DNA from: Desulfobacterales bacterium
GTDB lineage: Bacteria > Desulfobacterota > Desulfobacteria > Desulfobacterales > UBA2174
Direction of reading: 5' to 3'
Length of the DNA stretch: 64,000 nucleotides
Assembly: GCA_963668645.2 (NCBI GenBank)
Contig: CAXXWC010000018.1
Span: 352,001 to 416,000, forward strand
Shown here one piece after another: positions 48,877 to 58,607 of this stretch. Each line of letters begins with the position of its first letter. Position 1 is the first letter of the stretch. Both the position numbers and the translations under genes were made by a program. The notes under the pieces are model-generated. The model was not told where the DNA came from. It did no database searches and saw only the letters and a list, made by a program, of their open reading frames with translations.

Positions 48877-50796
48877 TCACCGTGCATAATGCTCCAGAAA
48901 GTATATCAGATAAATACTCAGAGGAACGGCGTGCATACAGGCAAAATCGACCGTACGGTTGCAGCGGTTGGATTGCATGGTAAAGCCAAGCATGTGCTGG
49001 AGTCTGTCCAGATCAACGATTTCATTGACTACCGGATTACGCCTGGCCCGCTGGACGATTTTAAACGCTAAATGTTTTTGGCGGTTGTATCGATCGTGAA
49101 AATCCGGTGAAAAGGGATTCTTATCAATTCGAAAGCGCAGCGGATCCGGAACAATCCCCTTCATGGCCACGCGGATGAGATATCGGGAATATCCGTTTCT
49201 TACCTTCATGCTCCCGGGAACTGCCAGACAAAATTCCAGAACCCGCCGGTCCATTAAGGGGGAAGTCATGCAAACTCGATGGAACCCTACAAATCCGCCT
49301 CCCTGCCGGCCCCTCTGCCGGTTTGATAAAGCTTTCAACTGATTGACTCGGTGATTCGGCCAGATGCGTCGAAATGAAAAGGATTGTCTCTGTAAGTGCT
49401 TCCATCTCTTTCCGAACAGGTTTTTAAAAAAATCCTCACGTAACGGCATCAACCGCTGAATCTGATCGGTATCATACGTCGGTTTGATATGACGGGTAAG
49501 TCCGAAAGGGATAAGAGGGTGCATAACCTCTGCCCGGAAAAGGCCTGCGACCCTGCGGTCTTCCCTCTCGGCGCGCAGCCGGATTTCCCTGGTCAGGGTG
49601 TGCCATTTGCCTTGAAGCAACAGCTCCGCATAATAACCCCTCCCGTGAAAACTGGGGCCGGATTCCCCCCCCTCTCCGGTTAAAAAGACACGTCCTTTAA
49701 AAGGACGGGCCCTTTCGGCAAAGGCCGTATATAGGAAGTGGCGGGACGTAAAAAAAGGATGGTCCCCGACCGTGATCAATGATTCAAGGTCATCAAAAGG
49801 ACCTCGCCAGGGGTCACTGATATATTCGATATCTATCCCATGGCCGTTTTTCAGCAGGTCGATATAGCAACGTTCATCCGTACCGCTTCCCCGGTATTCA
49901 GGAGGCAGAATCGCTGAAAAGGCCTTGATCCCCCCCCCTTTTTTCTTCATAAGATGGGCGGCCGTAGCGGTTACTGCTGTAGAGTCAAGCCCCCCGCTGT
50001 AGAGGGATATTACGGGAAAGGCGCTTCGAAGCCGCGCTGAAACGGCCTTCTCAAAAATTTCCCGGAAGGCCTCTGCGTACAGGTTTTCATCAGCCAAATA
50101 TATCCGTTTGGCAGGATCCGGACGCCAGTAAACCTCTTTTTGAATTCTGTTTCGGTTCACGCTTATCAGAGTGGCGCCCGGTATGATCCTGATGCCTTTG
50201 AAAAAGGTGGTTTCCGGTTCCATATGGCGCAGGGCCGGTATGGCCAACGAGGCGATTTTTCTCTGGTTGACGACCCGCGGAACATCCTTCACGGCATGGA
50301 TCGCCTTTATTTCAGATGCAAATATGAAGGTTTCCGACGTATGATAATAACAAAGCGGGCACATCCCCAAGGAGTCCGTGGCGATGATGAGTTCCTGTGA
50401 GAGCCCGTCCCAGAGGGCAAAGGCAAATTCTCCTAATAAATGATTGAGAAAATTTTTGCCCCATCGCTCATAGGCCTTAAGGATGAACAGGCTGTCAGGC
50501 ATGCTGTTTTCTTGCCAGGAGGGGATGCCCAGTTTGTGAAAAAGCTCCTTTCGGTTATCGATTCGGGCATCGGCAGTGATGGCCATATTCCGTTTGGCAT
50601 CATAATGGGGGAGCTCTTCCTTTAACGACTCCGGTGTGATGTGGAGCATCAGGTGGCCCAGAGCCACATTGTTTTTACGCCAGACACCGCTGCCATCAAC
50701 TCCCCGATGGGCAAGAGCCGTCACCATGGCCTGGAGGGTTTCTTCGGAAACCGGACGATCATCGAAATAGAAAATACCGCAGATTGCGCTCATCAT
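48877..50796 (-). CDS. Asparagine-synthetase-like lasso cyclase (isopeptide-bond forming)
   Basis: MSAICG N-terminus lacks the Ntn Cys, ADARIDNR, SGGLDST PP-loop, LTGEGGE, PLMDRRVLEFC. Confidence 0.85.
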   Translation of the reverse strand: MMSAICGIFYFDDRPVSEETLQAMVTALAHRGVDGSGVWRKNNVALGHLMLHITPESLKEELPHYDAKRNMAITADARIDNRKELFHKLGIPSWQENSMPDSLFILKAYERWGKNFLNHLLGEFAFALWDGLSQELIIATDSLGMCPLCYYHTSETFIFASEIKAIHAVKDVPRVVNQRKIASLAIPALRHMEPETTFFKGIRIIPGATLISVNRNRIQKEVYWRPDPAKRIYLADENLYAEAFREIFEKAVSARLRSAFPVISLYSGGLDSTAVTATAAHLMKKKGGGIKAFSAILPPEYRGSGTDERCYIDLLKNGHGIDIEYISDPWRGPFDDLESLITVGDHPFFTSRHFLYTAFAERARPFKGRVFLTGEGGESGPSFHGRGYYAELLLQGKWHTLTREIRLRAEREDRRVAGLFRAEVMHPLIPFGLTRHIKPTYDTDQIQRLMPLREDFFKNLFGKRWKHLQRQSFSFRRIWPNHRVNQLKALSNRQRGRQGGGFVGFHRVCMTSPLMDRRVLEFCLAVPGSMKVRNGYSRYLIRVAMKGIVPDPLRFRIDKNPFSPDFHDRYNRQKHLAFKIVQRARRNPVVNEIVDLDRLQHMLGFTMQSNRCNRTVDFACMHAVPLSIYLIYFLEHYAR

Positions 50797-50913
50797 TCAG
50801 TTCGAAGCTTTATAGTTACTCTTTGTATTTAGATAAAAACCCGTTTCCGGAGAGCTTCAAGGATTCGGAAACGGGGATAAAACGTGGGCCGTTTTGATCG
50901 CCTGTCGCAGGTG

Positions 50914-51468
50914 TTAACTCGACCGGCTTGGATAGATACCGTCGACACAGATAAAGAAATATACGGCCAAATAAGGCTGGCGATTCTCATGGCCATGGCT
51001 TTCTCCGGCAACGGCCATGGCTTGATCGGCCATCGCTGTAATGCCCTCTTGCGGCGTCACAAATGCCAATGCGTATTCATGAGTGCCATCACCTTTGTCC
51101 TGCCATATTAAAGATGGCCATGAGTTCGCCACCGGCTCTCCGGAATTGGGTATGTCCTGCACCGCTTTCGCAATATGGTCATGGGAGGGTATCTGGGATT
51201 GTACAAGCGAGACCGTGCTATCCCCTGTAGCTTGTCCTATGGCCCTGTGCGTGAGGCCTGGCCCGTCTCCCCAGCCCATGGGTGAGCGGTCCTTAAGACT
51301 GGGAAGGCCAAAGGTTGTGCGTCCGTCGCCCCCGTAGATCGTACCGATGACGGAAAACAAGGCCGAAGATTGGGCGATCGGCACTATCTGGCCATCGCAA
51401 TAGGCCCAATTATATGGAGCGAATGTATAAGGAAGCATGCGAATTTCACCAGTAAAAGGATCTGCCAT
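50914..51468 (-). CDS. Phage tail-collar domain protein (microcystin-dependent-protein type), copy 3
   Basis: PFTGEIR, WAYCDGQ, GGDGRTTFGLP, HENRQPYL..GIYPSRSS. Confidence 0.9.
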   Translation of the reverse strand: MADPFTGEIRMLPYTFAPYNWAYCDGQIVPIAQSSALFSVIGTIYGGDGRTTFGLPSLKDRSPMGWGDGPGLTHRAIGQATGDSTVSLVQSQIPSHDHIAKAVQDIPNSGEPVANSWPSLIWQDKGDGTHEYALAFVTPQEGITAMADQAMAVAGESHGHENRQPYLAVYFFICVDGIYPSRSS

Positions 51469-51480
51469 GATAGACCTCCT

Positions 51481-52014
51481 TTAAGTACGGGGCGGGTAAA
51501 TGCCTCGTAAGGCAATAATAAAACTGACGCAGCGAGCCGGCATCAAGTTGGTGTGAGATTGATCCTGGCCCGCTTTTGATACTGTCGAGATGGATAAATC
51601 TTGTACTTTTGTCATATCCGGTTCGGTGATAAACCCTTGTGCACCATTGCCGGCCGGTTTGGCCAACACCTGGCCCGTGGGGACGGCGCTGGTTCCTTCT
51701 AAAGTGGAGGCCTGAAGCGGGTGGTTATGGTTCGGAATTTGTGTCAGGATCAACTGCACCTGTTCGACCCCGTATGGTGAGCCCTGGGAAACCGGGGAAA
51801 GGCCCGGACCGGTCCCGGTATGTACCGGAATCCGCCCCCTGAAATCAGGAACCGCAAAGGAGGTCCTGCCATCGCCGCCATAGGTCGTGCCCAACAGAGA
51901 ATACAGGGAGCTATAATCTGCAATAGATAGCAACTGCCCATTACAAAACGCCCAGCCGGGGGGTGCATAATTGCCGGCAAACATCCGTATTTCACCTAAA
52001 TATGGTTCTGCCAT
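51481..52014 (-). CDS. Phage tail-collar domain protein, copy 2
   Basis: PYLGEIR, WAFCNGQ, GGDGRTSFAVPD, HTNLMP..GIYPPRT. Confidence 0.9.
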   Translation of the reverse strand: MAEPYLGEIRMFAGNYAPPGWAFCNGQLLSIADYSSLYSLLGTTYGGDGRTSFAVPDFRGRIPVHTGTGPGLSPVSQGSPYGVEQVQLILTQIPNHNHPLQASTLEGTSAVPTGQVLAKPAGNGAQGFITEPDMTKVQDLSISTVSKAGQDQSHTNLMPARCVSFIIALRGIYPPRT

Positions 52015-52026
52015 GATTTGCCTCCT

Positions 52027-52566
52027 CTATGATCGTGTTGGGAAGAGTCCTTGAAGGGCGATCGTAAAGCGGACTACCTGGCTCGGTTGCCGATTTTCGT
52101 GTGCCTGGGCACCGCCTCCCTGGGGTCCGCCGGTTGTTGAACAGGTGCCGGTATTAAGCGGGCTGAGGTTGACGGGAGTGTGATAAATGGCTGCCGGATT
52201 TTGTGAAACCTTCCAAACGGCGGTTGTATATACCTTGTCTGTAGGTGCGGGTTTTCCGCCTCCCTGGGTATTGCCGTTAAATGTGTGCGTGTGGGCCGCC
52301 ATGGTGGATAAATCAAGGGTCACCGTTTCAGATCCACCCTTCGAGCCCTGCTGCGGTATATCGATCCCCGGGTAGACCGGGGTCCGGCCGCGCATATCCG
52401 GCAGGGCGAAAGTAGTGTTGCCGTCACCGCCGAACTGGACTCCCAGTAGTGCAAACAAGGCGCTATTTTGTTTGATTGCCAGAAGTTGCCCGTCGCAATT
52501 GGCCCAATCTCTTGGGGCGAATGCATATGCGACCATGCGTATTTCACCGATAAAAGGATCTGCCAT
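52027..52566 (-). CDS. Phage tail-collar domain protein, copy 1
   Basis: PFIGEIR, WANCDGQ, GGDGNTTFALPD, HENRQP..GLFPTRS. Confidence 0.9.
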   Translation of the reverse strand: MADPFIGEIRMVAYAFAPRDWANCDGQLLAIKQNSALFALLGVQFGGDGNTTFALPDMRGRTPVYPGIDIPQQGSKGGSETVTLDLSTMAAHTHTFNGNTQGGGKPAPTDKVYTTAVWKVSQNPAAIYHTPVNLSPLNTGTCSTTGGPQGGGAQAHENRQPSQVVRFTIALQGLFPTRS

Positions 52567-52637
52567 TTCAACGCCTCCTTTGATTATAGTTCAAGAAGAC
52601 CATTTAGAGGTGCGGTTATCGAAATTATCGTAATCCG

Positions 52638-52970
52638 CTATTTTTCTTTCAAACGGCTGATAATCGCCTGATACTGGTAACCGGTATCGTTTTTAGCCAC
52701 CGGTACGATGAAAAGCTCGAAATAACCCATCTTGTCATGGGTGAATTTGTGGATCTGCTGATCTAAAAATACATCTCCCCCGCCCTGAAACAGGAGTGAA
52801 AATCCTTCGGTGGCATCGGTCTCCTTTTTTACGGCTTCCACCAACTCCACCTCGGTCTCGGTAGGCCCCAAATCCTCTTCTTCCAGGCCTTCGATCGGTT
52901 CGCCGAAGGTGATTTTGAACTTTGTGTTCAATTGCCCATCGAAGTTTTCATAGGCTATTTTTTCCGGCAT
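52638..52970 (-). CDS. Small acidic protein, DUF6916-like
   Basis: FSLLFQG..LDQQIH..H..G.FELFIVP..YQAII pattern; position beside tail-collar triplet. Confidence 0.7.
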   Translation of the reverse strand: MPEKIAYENFDGQLNTKFKITFGEPIEGLEEEDLGPTETEVELVEAVKKETDATEGFSLLFQGGGDVFLDQQIHKFTHDKMGYFELFIVPVAKNDTGYQYQAIISRLKEK

Positions 52971-52996
52971 GCCTTTCTCCTTTCTTCTGTTTGCGT

Positions 52997-53500
52997 TTAC
53001 GGGCCACGATCGTCAATTAAAGCCTTTTCAGGCTGCCATTCCATATAATAGTAGGCCCCTTCTGTCTTTCGGACCGTGAATCCCAAACGGTGGTAAAAAC
53101 GCACAGCCGGATTGTTCGGTTCTACATGGAGGCTGACCTGGGCCCCTTTGCGGCATCCTTCTGCGAGCAATTCCGCCACCAGGCCGGCGCCGATCCCCTG
53201 GTTGCGGTACTCGCGGAGCAAAGTGATATCCATCAATCGGATGTCGTGGTCCTGGCGGTGGACGTAGATCCGGCCGATTTTCGTGTCCTCCAGGCAGATG
53301 AGATCGAAATTCCCCTCCTTGTAGTGGGTTTGATAATGCCGATGCTGAAGCTCGAACTGCCATTGCAGAAAGCGGGTCTTTTCTTCTTCGCTCCAGGGGT
53401 AGTGGACCATTTCAAAATCCCTGGAAACACAGTAGATCTGCCGCAAAAAGCCCATGTGTTCCGGCTTGATCGGTATCAGATGAAGTTGTGGGAGGTCCAT
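52997..53500 (-). CDS. GNAT acetyltransferase (tail-collar-cluster type)
   Basis: FLQWQFELQHRHY, IGRIYV, YRNQGIG, LHVEPNNPAVRFYHRLGF. Confidence 0.88.
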   Translation of the reverse strand: MDLPQLHLIPIKPEHMGFLRQIYCVSRDFEMVHYPWSEEEKTRFLQWQFELQHRHYQTHYKEGNFDLICLEDTKIGRIYVHRQDHDIRLMDITLLREYRNQGIGAGLVAELLAEGCRKGAQVSLHVEPNNPAVRFYHRLGFTVRKTEGAYYYMEWQPEKALIDDRGP

Positions 53501-53725
53501 GCTTTCCCTTTTTCGGGCTTATGAAATCATAAAAATACGTAAGCCAGAATTACCCATAAGGATCGTTCGAAAGAAATCTATCCACAATATATAGATATTG
53601 TTGCGGCTAATAATTCTATATGATGTGTCGATAGGTTGTTACCGCAAAGTTTTAACGATTGTCAGACCTGGAAAATTAGCAAAAATCGATTTTCGAGCGG
53701 CTTAACATGATATCAAGGAAGAAGA

Positions 53726-53886
53726 AGTCGGTATTTTCAGGTGAGAACGAGGAGAGATGACAGCATTCGGCCCCTGCCTCTTGGGGCGGAGGCCTTCCGG
53801 ATATCAGCCGTAACATAGCCCCGATGGAGAATCCTCAACGGATTAACTTTCCTACAGCTTTTTGATATCGGAATCAAGGAGAAAAA
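53726..53886. repeat. Diverged non-coding direct repeat, copy 2
   Basis: Same ordered blocks as 43036-43180. Confidence 0.75.
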
Positions 53887-54049
53887 TCGTGCCTCTGAAT
53901 TTTAACAAAAATCAAATTAAAGTCTACGCTTCTACCGATGTTTAATTATAGACTTGATTAACTCTGCATAATCAAGATCTTCAGGGATCAAAAGCGGTAA
54001 GCCGATTCTTTTTTCGATACACTCAACCACCACCGGCAATGAAATGCCC

Positions 54050-54442
54050 TCAAGGCCTGTGCACAAGCCTGACTCCTGCAAGTACGGTTACCCTGGCAAA
54101 GTCGAGACGCAAGGCTGCGTTGATCGCGAACCATCCAAGCCCGAGTCCCATTACGACGGTGTGGTCGTATGCGTTGAAACATCCCAGCTCCTGGCTTTCG
54201 ATTTCGTGGGGCGAAATCGCCATCCAGGTTTCCCATGAGGGCGGATCTTCGCCGGTCTGCCGCGCTAATACGGGCATATTGCATACCAGCCAAGTGCCGC
54301 TCGTATAGCCGTGGTCATGGCCGAGCTGCATATGGCGGATGCGCTACTTTCCGAAAGTACCGTCTTGATAAGCGGGAATAAAAAAATCCGTCTTGAAAAG
54401 GGGGGGCAGGGATCGGGGTGGGAAAGATTCGCCTTCGGACAT
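54050..54442 (-). pseudogene. Degraded SAM-methyltransferase-like gene fragment
   Basis: AAGGAG RBS + ATG 54442, frameshift and stop, then TWMAISPHEIESQ..VVMGLGLGW..RVTVL; truncated. Confidence 0.55.
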
Positions 54443-54707
54443 GACGGTCACTCCTTTAATTAGCGTGTTATGCAACAAACGGAATTAAAGGCGCTGCCAC
54501 TTGAAATAATTCGATATCGGGAGTTCCAAAGAACATTTCCAGAGTATCACTCAGGATACGACTGGCCTCTATGGGCGTCTGCGAAATATAGAAAATGAAT
54601 CGTATGCATACGGCTTGTCAATTTATGCATCGGCCCGAGGGTGATCGGTTGTCAATTGCCTGCCTGCAGCGGAGCCGCCTTTGCCGGGAGCGGCTTCGAA
54701 ATTATTC

Positions 54708-54722
54708 TGGACTATCGGTCCA
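54708..54722. promoter_or_regulatory. Putative TetR operator upstream of tetR
   Basis: TGGACTATCGGTCCA, matches the palindrome at 55385-55403. Confidence 0.65.
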
Positions 54723-54742
54723 AAATGGATTAAGAGTGGATT

Positions 54743-55369
54743 ATGGGAACCAGGGAACGCAAACAAAGGGAAATGAATCAGAGAAAAAGACTGATCATCG
54801 AAAAGAGCAAGGAACTGTTCTTTTCCAGGGATTTTTCCAGTGTCACCATCCAGGACATATGCAACGCCATCGAATACGGCCGCAGCGCCGTCTACAACCT
54901 GTTCAAAAGCAAGGAAGAAATCTACGGGCACATCTACGTGGAAGCCGTGCGGATTCTTGCCGACCTGCTCGGCACCATCGATGTGGATGGAACCGATCCC
55001 GAGGATATGTTCCGGGTGGCCACCGGGCAGGTATTCACCTTTTTCAAGGATTACCGGCCTTACTACAATGCCGTGTTTTTTTTCGATTCCAACCATCTGG
55101 CCTGCCGGCAAATCCCCCCGGACCTGTTGACCGCCAAATACGCCCAGAAAGAAAGGGCCATGTCGCCGGTGCGGGTGCTGCTGAACAGGGGGGCCGAAAG
55201 CGGGGTGCTTAAAGATGTGGATGCGGACCGGATCATCGAGGTCTATTTCGCATCCATTTTGGGCATCATTAATTCGTTTGTTGCTGAAAACGGTGTTGAA
55301 GACCTGGATACGCTGTCGGCAATGTTGCAGCAGCATGCCGATATTTATGGCTATGGCCTGAAGGCCTGA
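54743..55369 (+). CDS. TetR/AcrR-family regulator
   Basis: MGTRERKQRE.., VTIQDI..AVYNLFKSKEEIY. Confidence 0.9.
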   Translation: MGTRERKQREMNQRKRLIIEKSKELFFSRDFSSVTIQDICNAIEYGRSAVYNLFKSKEEIYGHIYVEAVRILADLLGTIDVDGTDPEDMFRVATGQVFTFFKDYRPYYNAVFFFDSNHLACRQIPPDLLTAKYAQKERAMSPVRVLLNRGAESGVLKDVDADRIIEVYFASILGIINSFVAENGVEDLDTLSAMLQQHADIYGYGLKA

Positions 55370-55384
55370 TTTTTTTTGCCCTAT

Positions 55385-55403
55385 TTTGGACTACCAGTCC
55401 AAA
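55385..55403. promoter_or_regulatory. Putative TetR operator upstream of the ALDH gene
   Basis: TTTGGACT-ACC-AGTCCAAA inverted repeat. Confidence 0.7.
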
Positions 55404-55534
55404 TACGACCAAAAGTTTTGTGTGGAATAAAAAATAGAGGGATCGAAAAATCGTTATAGAACAGCTTGTTGGGTGCTTGATACCCTTGATCAACCTCGTG
55501 GCTTTGCAGCTATTTTCCAAAAGGAGTCCTGACC

Positions 55535-56911
55535 ATGTCTAATGCCGATCCGATACAGGGAATCGTCCAGGCACAAAGAGCGTTCTTCAACCAGGGCCGC
55601 ACCCGCACTCCGGACTGGCGGATCGCCCAGCTCAAGAAGCTGCGCGCGGCCGTCGCCGCCAATGAGGAAGCCATCCTCGATGCGCTCAAGGCGGATCTGC
55701 ACAAGCCGGCCTTCGAGGCCTATTCCGCCGAAGTGATGCAGATTATGGGGGAGCTGGCATACACCATAAAACATCTGAAAAAATGGGCCGCCCCGCAGAA
55801 GGTCGCCACCCCCCTGGCTCTCCAGCCCGGCACAAGCCGGATCTATTCCCAGCCCCACGGCGTGGTGTTGAACATCGCCCCGTGGAACTACCCGATCCAG
55901 ACCTGCCTGGCGCCCCTGATCGCCATCCTGGCGGCCGGCAACTGCGCGGTGGTCAAACCGTCGGAGTTCGCGCCCCATTGCGCCCGGTTGGTGGCGGAAC
56001 TTATCGCCAATACCTATCCGCCGGAATACTGCACGGCGGTGGAGGGCGGTGTGACAGAGACCCAGGCCCTGCTCGCCCAGCGATGGGATTACATCGCCTT
56101 TACCGGCAGCCCGGAAATCGGACGCATCGTGGCCCGGGCCGCAACGGAAAACCTGACGCCCACCCTGCTGGAGCTGGGGGGCAAAAGCCCGTGCATCGTC
56201 CATGTCGATGCAGATATCCGGGTTGCGGCCCGGCGAATCGCATGGGGTAAATTCCTCAACGCCGGCCAGACCTGCACGGCTCCGGATTTCATCCTGGCAG
56301 ACAGACGCATCGCCGGCCGTCTGGTGGAGGCGCTGGCCGGGCAGATACAGGCGTTTTACGGCCCGGATCCGATAAAGAGCCCGGACTACGCCCGGATCAT
56401 CAACCAGAAGCATTTCGACCGTCTGGTGGCCCTGCTCGATGCGGGCAAGATCTCACATGGCGGGCGCACCGACCGTGACGATCTGTACATCGAACCGACC
56501 CTTGTTTATCCGGCGAACTGGCAAGACCGGATCATGGCCGGCGAAATTTTCGGGCCACTGCTGCCGGTTCTGGAATATGAAGATCTGGATGCCGTCATGG
56601 AGGAGCTGTCGGAGCAGGAACGGCCCCTGGCGCTATATGTGTTCACCAAAAGCCGGGCAATTCAGGAAAAGATCGTCGGCCGCCTGAACTTCGGCGGCGG
56701 GGCGATCAACGCGACCCTGCTGCACAACGCCAACAACCGGCTGCCCTTCGGCGGCACCGGCAACAGCGGCATGGGACGCTATCATGGCAAAAGCGGGTTT
56801 GACACCTTTTCGTATACCAAGAGTATTTACTCAAAACCGACGTTGATCGATCCCGCGCTGGTCTACCCGCCGTACCGGCAGAGGCTCAAGCTGGTCAAGC
56901 GGCTGGCCTGA
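55535..56911 (+). CDS. NAD(P)-dependent aldehyde dehydrogenase (class 3 / fatty aldehyde type)
   Basis: PWNYP, KPSE, FTGS, LELGGKSP, NAGQTC, EIFGP, YPPY. Confidence 0.95.
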   Translation: MSNADPIQGIVQAQRAFFNQGRTRTPDWRIAQLKKLRAAVAANEEAILDALKADLHKPAFEAYSAEVMQIMGELAYTIKHLKKWAAPQKVATPLALQPGTSRIYSQPHGVVLNIAPWNYPIQTCLAPLIAILAAGNCAVVKPSEFAPHCARLVAELIANTYPPEYCTAVEGGVTETQALLAQRWDYIAFTGSPEIGRIVARAATENLTPTLLELGGKSPCIVHVDADIRVAARRIAWGKFLNAGQTCTAPDFILADRRIAGRLVEALAGQIQAFYGPDPIKSPDYARIINQKHFDRLVALLDAGKISHGGRTDRDDLYIEPTLVYPANWQDRIMAGEIFGPLLPVLEYEDLDAVMEELSEQERPLALYVFTKSRAIQEKIVGRLNFGGGAINATLLHNANNRLPFGGTGNSGMGRYHGKSGFDTFSYTKSIYSKPTLIDPALVYPPYRQRLKLVKRLA

Positions 56912-57084
56912 CGGCAGTCAGTTGCCCGTTTGCAGAGACCGGATCGGGTAAACTCGGTCAGGGCGTCGAAGATTTTGAAATCGATGCTGCAGTTCATCTT
57001 CATGCATCCATGAAAGAGATTCGCTGGAAAGCTAAAACCATATGCCAATTGAGAAAGATAAAGAATGGCAAGGTGAGGGGGGCA

Positions 57085-57289
57085 CCCCCACGAGGTTGTG
57101 GGATTGGTGGTCAAGAAAGGGATTAACCCGGCCAAGGCCTGACGGATCCGCCTGGGTCTGGTCGACAAACGGGCCGGAATCAGCCAGTCAGCGATTTCAC
57201 AGAGGGGAAGAGCGGATAACCGCCGCTCTGCCACCCTTGGAAAATTGGCGAAAGCACTTGGGCTCTCTGTTGCGCAGCTTGCCGATTGA
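57085..57289 (+). pseudogene. XRE/HigA-like HTH pseudogene
   Basis: PHEVVGLVVKKGINPAKA*R..AGISQSAISQ..ATLGKLAKALGLSVAQL*. Confidence 0.6.
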
Positions 57290-57650
57290 ACAGGTTTTGC
57301 TGTAAGTGCATGGGCCGAAATAGGGGGATCGGAGGTGGGCGCCTGAATCAAACCAGGGCGAAGGTGCGCTTTGGGAAAATCAGGCAGGACTGCCGTGTCG
57401 CGGCAACTCGGCCTCAAGTTATCAGGCAGTGCGCCTGTCGCTGTGCTGAGGCCGCGGGCTGGCTCGGCTTGTTGACGTAGAACCGGTGAAGCCGACAGAG
57501 TTTGGTTTTGCCGAGATTTGCTGGTGCGTTGGGGTTGAGCCTTGACAGTCGTTTGATAAAACGGCAGGTTAAATACTCATTTTTTCACCAGCGGTACCAC
57601 CTCGTGGTGGAATTTCATTTTTGTAAGTTTTTACAGGAGGTTCGGTCAAA

Positions 57651-58211
57651 ATGGTCCCTTTTGACCTATACGGTTTGCAGCAGGACCTCGAGCGCCGCAG
57701 CATCATGTTCTGTTACAGCGGCCCCATCCTCCAGTCCACCATAGAGGGGATCGGTCAGACGTTGCGCCTCGATCTACGGATCGAGGCCGCCGGGCAGTCC
57801 ACGGCCCAGGCGGTCTTTTCGGTCTTCATCGAGCAGATGCAGAATGTTCTCAACTACAGTTCGGACAGGATCAGCGCTGATCCCGGGCTGAACAAGGAGC
57901 TGCGTACCGGTGTGCTGGTCATCGGCCGCGCCGAGGGCGGGTTTTACATCTATTGCGGCAACAAGGTTCTGGCAGAAGACGTGCCCCGGCTCCAGGGCCG
58001 CATTGGCGAACTGGCCGGGCTTGACAAGGACCAGCTCAAGGCCCTGTACCGGGAGCGCCGCCGCATGGAGCCCGAGCCGGGAGCCAGGCGCGGCGGCCTG
58101 GGGCTGATCGAAATGGCACGCAAGGCCGGACGGCCGCTGGCTCACCGTTTTACTCCCATAGACGAACGGTCCTCCTTTTTTTCCATCATGGTTACCGTGG
58201 CCGGGAACTGA
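57651..58211 (+). CDS. siaB: SiaB-family protein kinase
   Basis: FCYSGP, VFSVFIEQMQNVLNYS, GGLGLIEMARK. Confidence 0.88.
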   Translation: MVPFDLYGLQQDLERRSIMFCYSGPILQSTIEGIGQTLRLDLRIEAAGQSTAQAVFSVFIEQMQNVLNYSSDRISADPGLNKELRTGVLVIGRAEGGFYIYCGNKVLAEDVPRLQGRIGELAGLDKDQLKALYRERRRMEPEPGARRGGLGLIEMARKAGRPLAHRFTPIDERSSFFSIMVTVAGN

Positions 58212-58215
58212 TCAC

Positions 58216-58596
58216 ATGCAAGACCTGCACATCACCCAGGGTGTATCCCACCCGGCTGTAGACTTCGGCGCGGCGGGCCGCACCTTGAGCATCCGGGGCG
58301 AGTCCTTTCCCGAAAACGCCTCCCGGTTCTACACCCCGGTGGTTGACTGGATTTCACAGTACCTCGAGTCCGCCGGTCCGGGCCGCACGGTGGTCGAGAT
58401 GGAAATCATCTATTTCAACAGCTCGACTTCGAAGATCTTTATGATGATCTTCGACCTGCTCGACAAGGCCGTGGTCAGGGGGGCCGACATCGTTGTCAAC
58501 TGGCACGCCAACAGGGACAATCAGACGGCCATCCAGTGCGGCGAGGAATTCCAGGAGGACCTGGAGCATCTCCCCTTTAACCTGGTGCTTGACTGA
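58216..58596 (+). CDS. siaC: SiaC / DUF1987 protein
   Basis: GESFPEN..FYTPV, YFNSSTSK, GEEFQED. Confidence 0.9.
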   Translation: MQDLHITQGVSHPAVDFGAAGRTLSIRGESFPENASRFYTPVVDWISQYLESAGPGRTVVEMEIIYFNSSTSKIFMMIFDLLDKAVVRGADIVVNWHANRDNQTAIQCGEEFQEDLEHLPFNLVLD

Positions 58597-58607
58597 AGGC
58601 CCACGCT

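Noticed and set aside
48877..50796. Housekeeping asparagine synthetase AsnB
   Set aside because: Lacks the N-terminal catalytic Cys and sits with RRE, kinase and precursor genes
50914..52566. Prophage or contractile injection system
   Set aside because: No capsid, terminase, sheath, tube, baseplate or integrase genes in the window
57300..57650. c-di-GMP riboswitch upstream of siaB
   Set aside because: Consensus elements of either class were not found by eye
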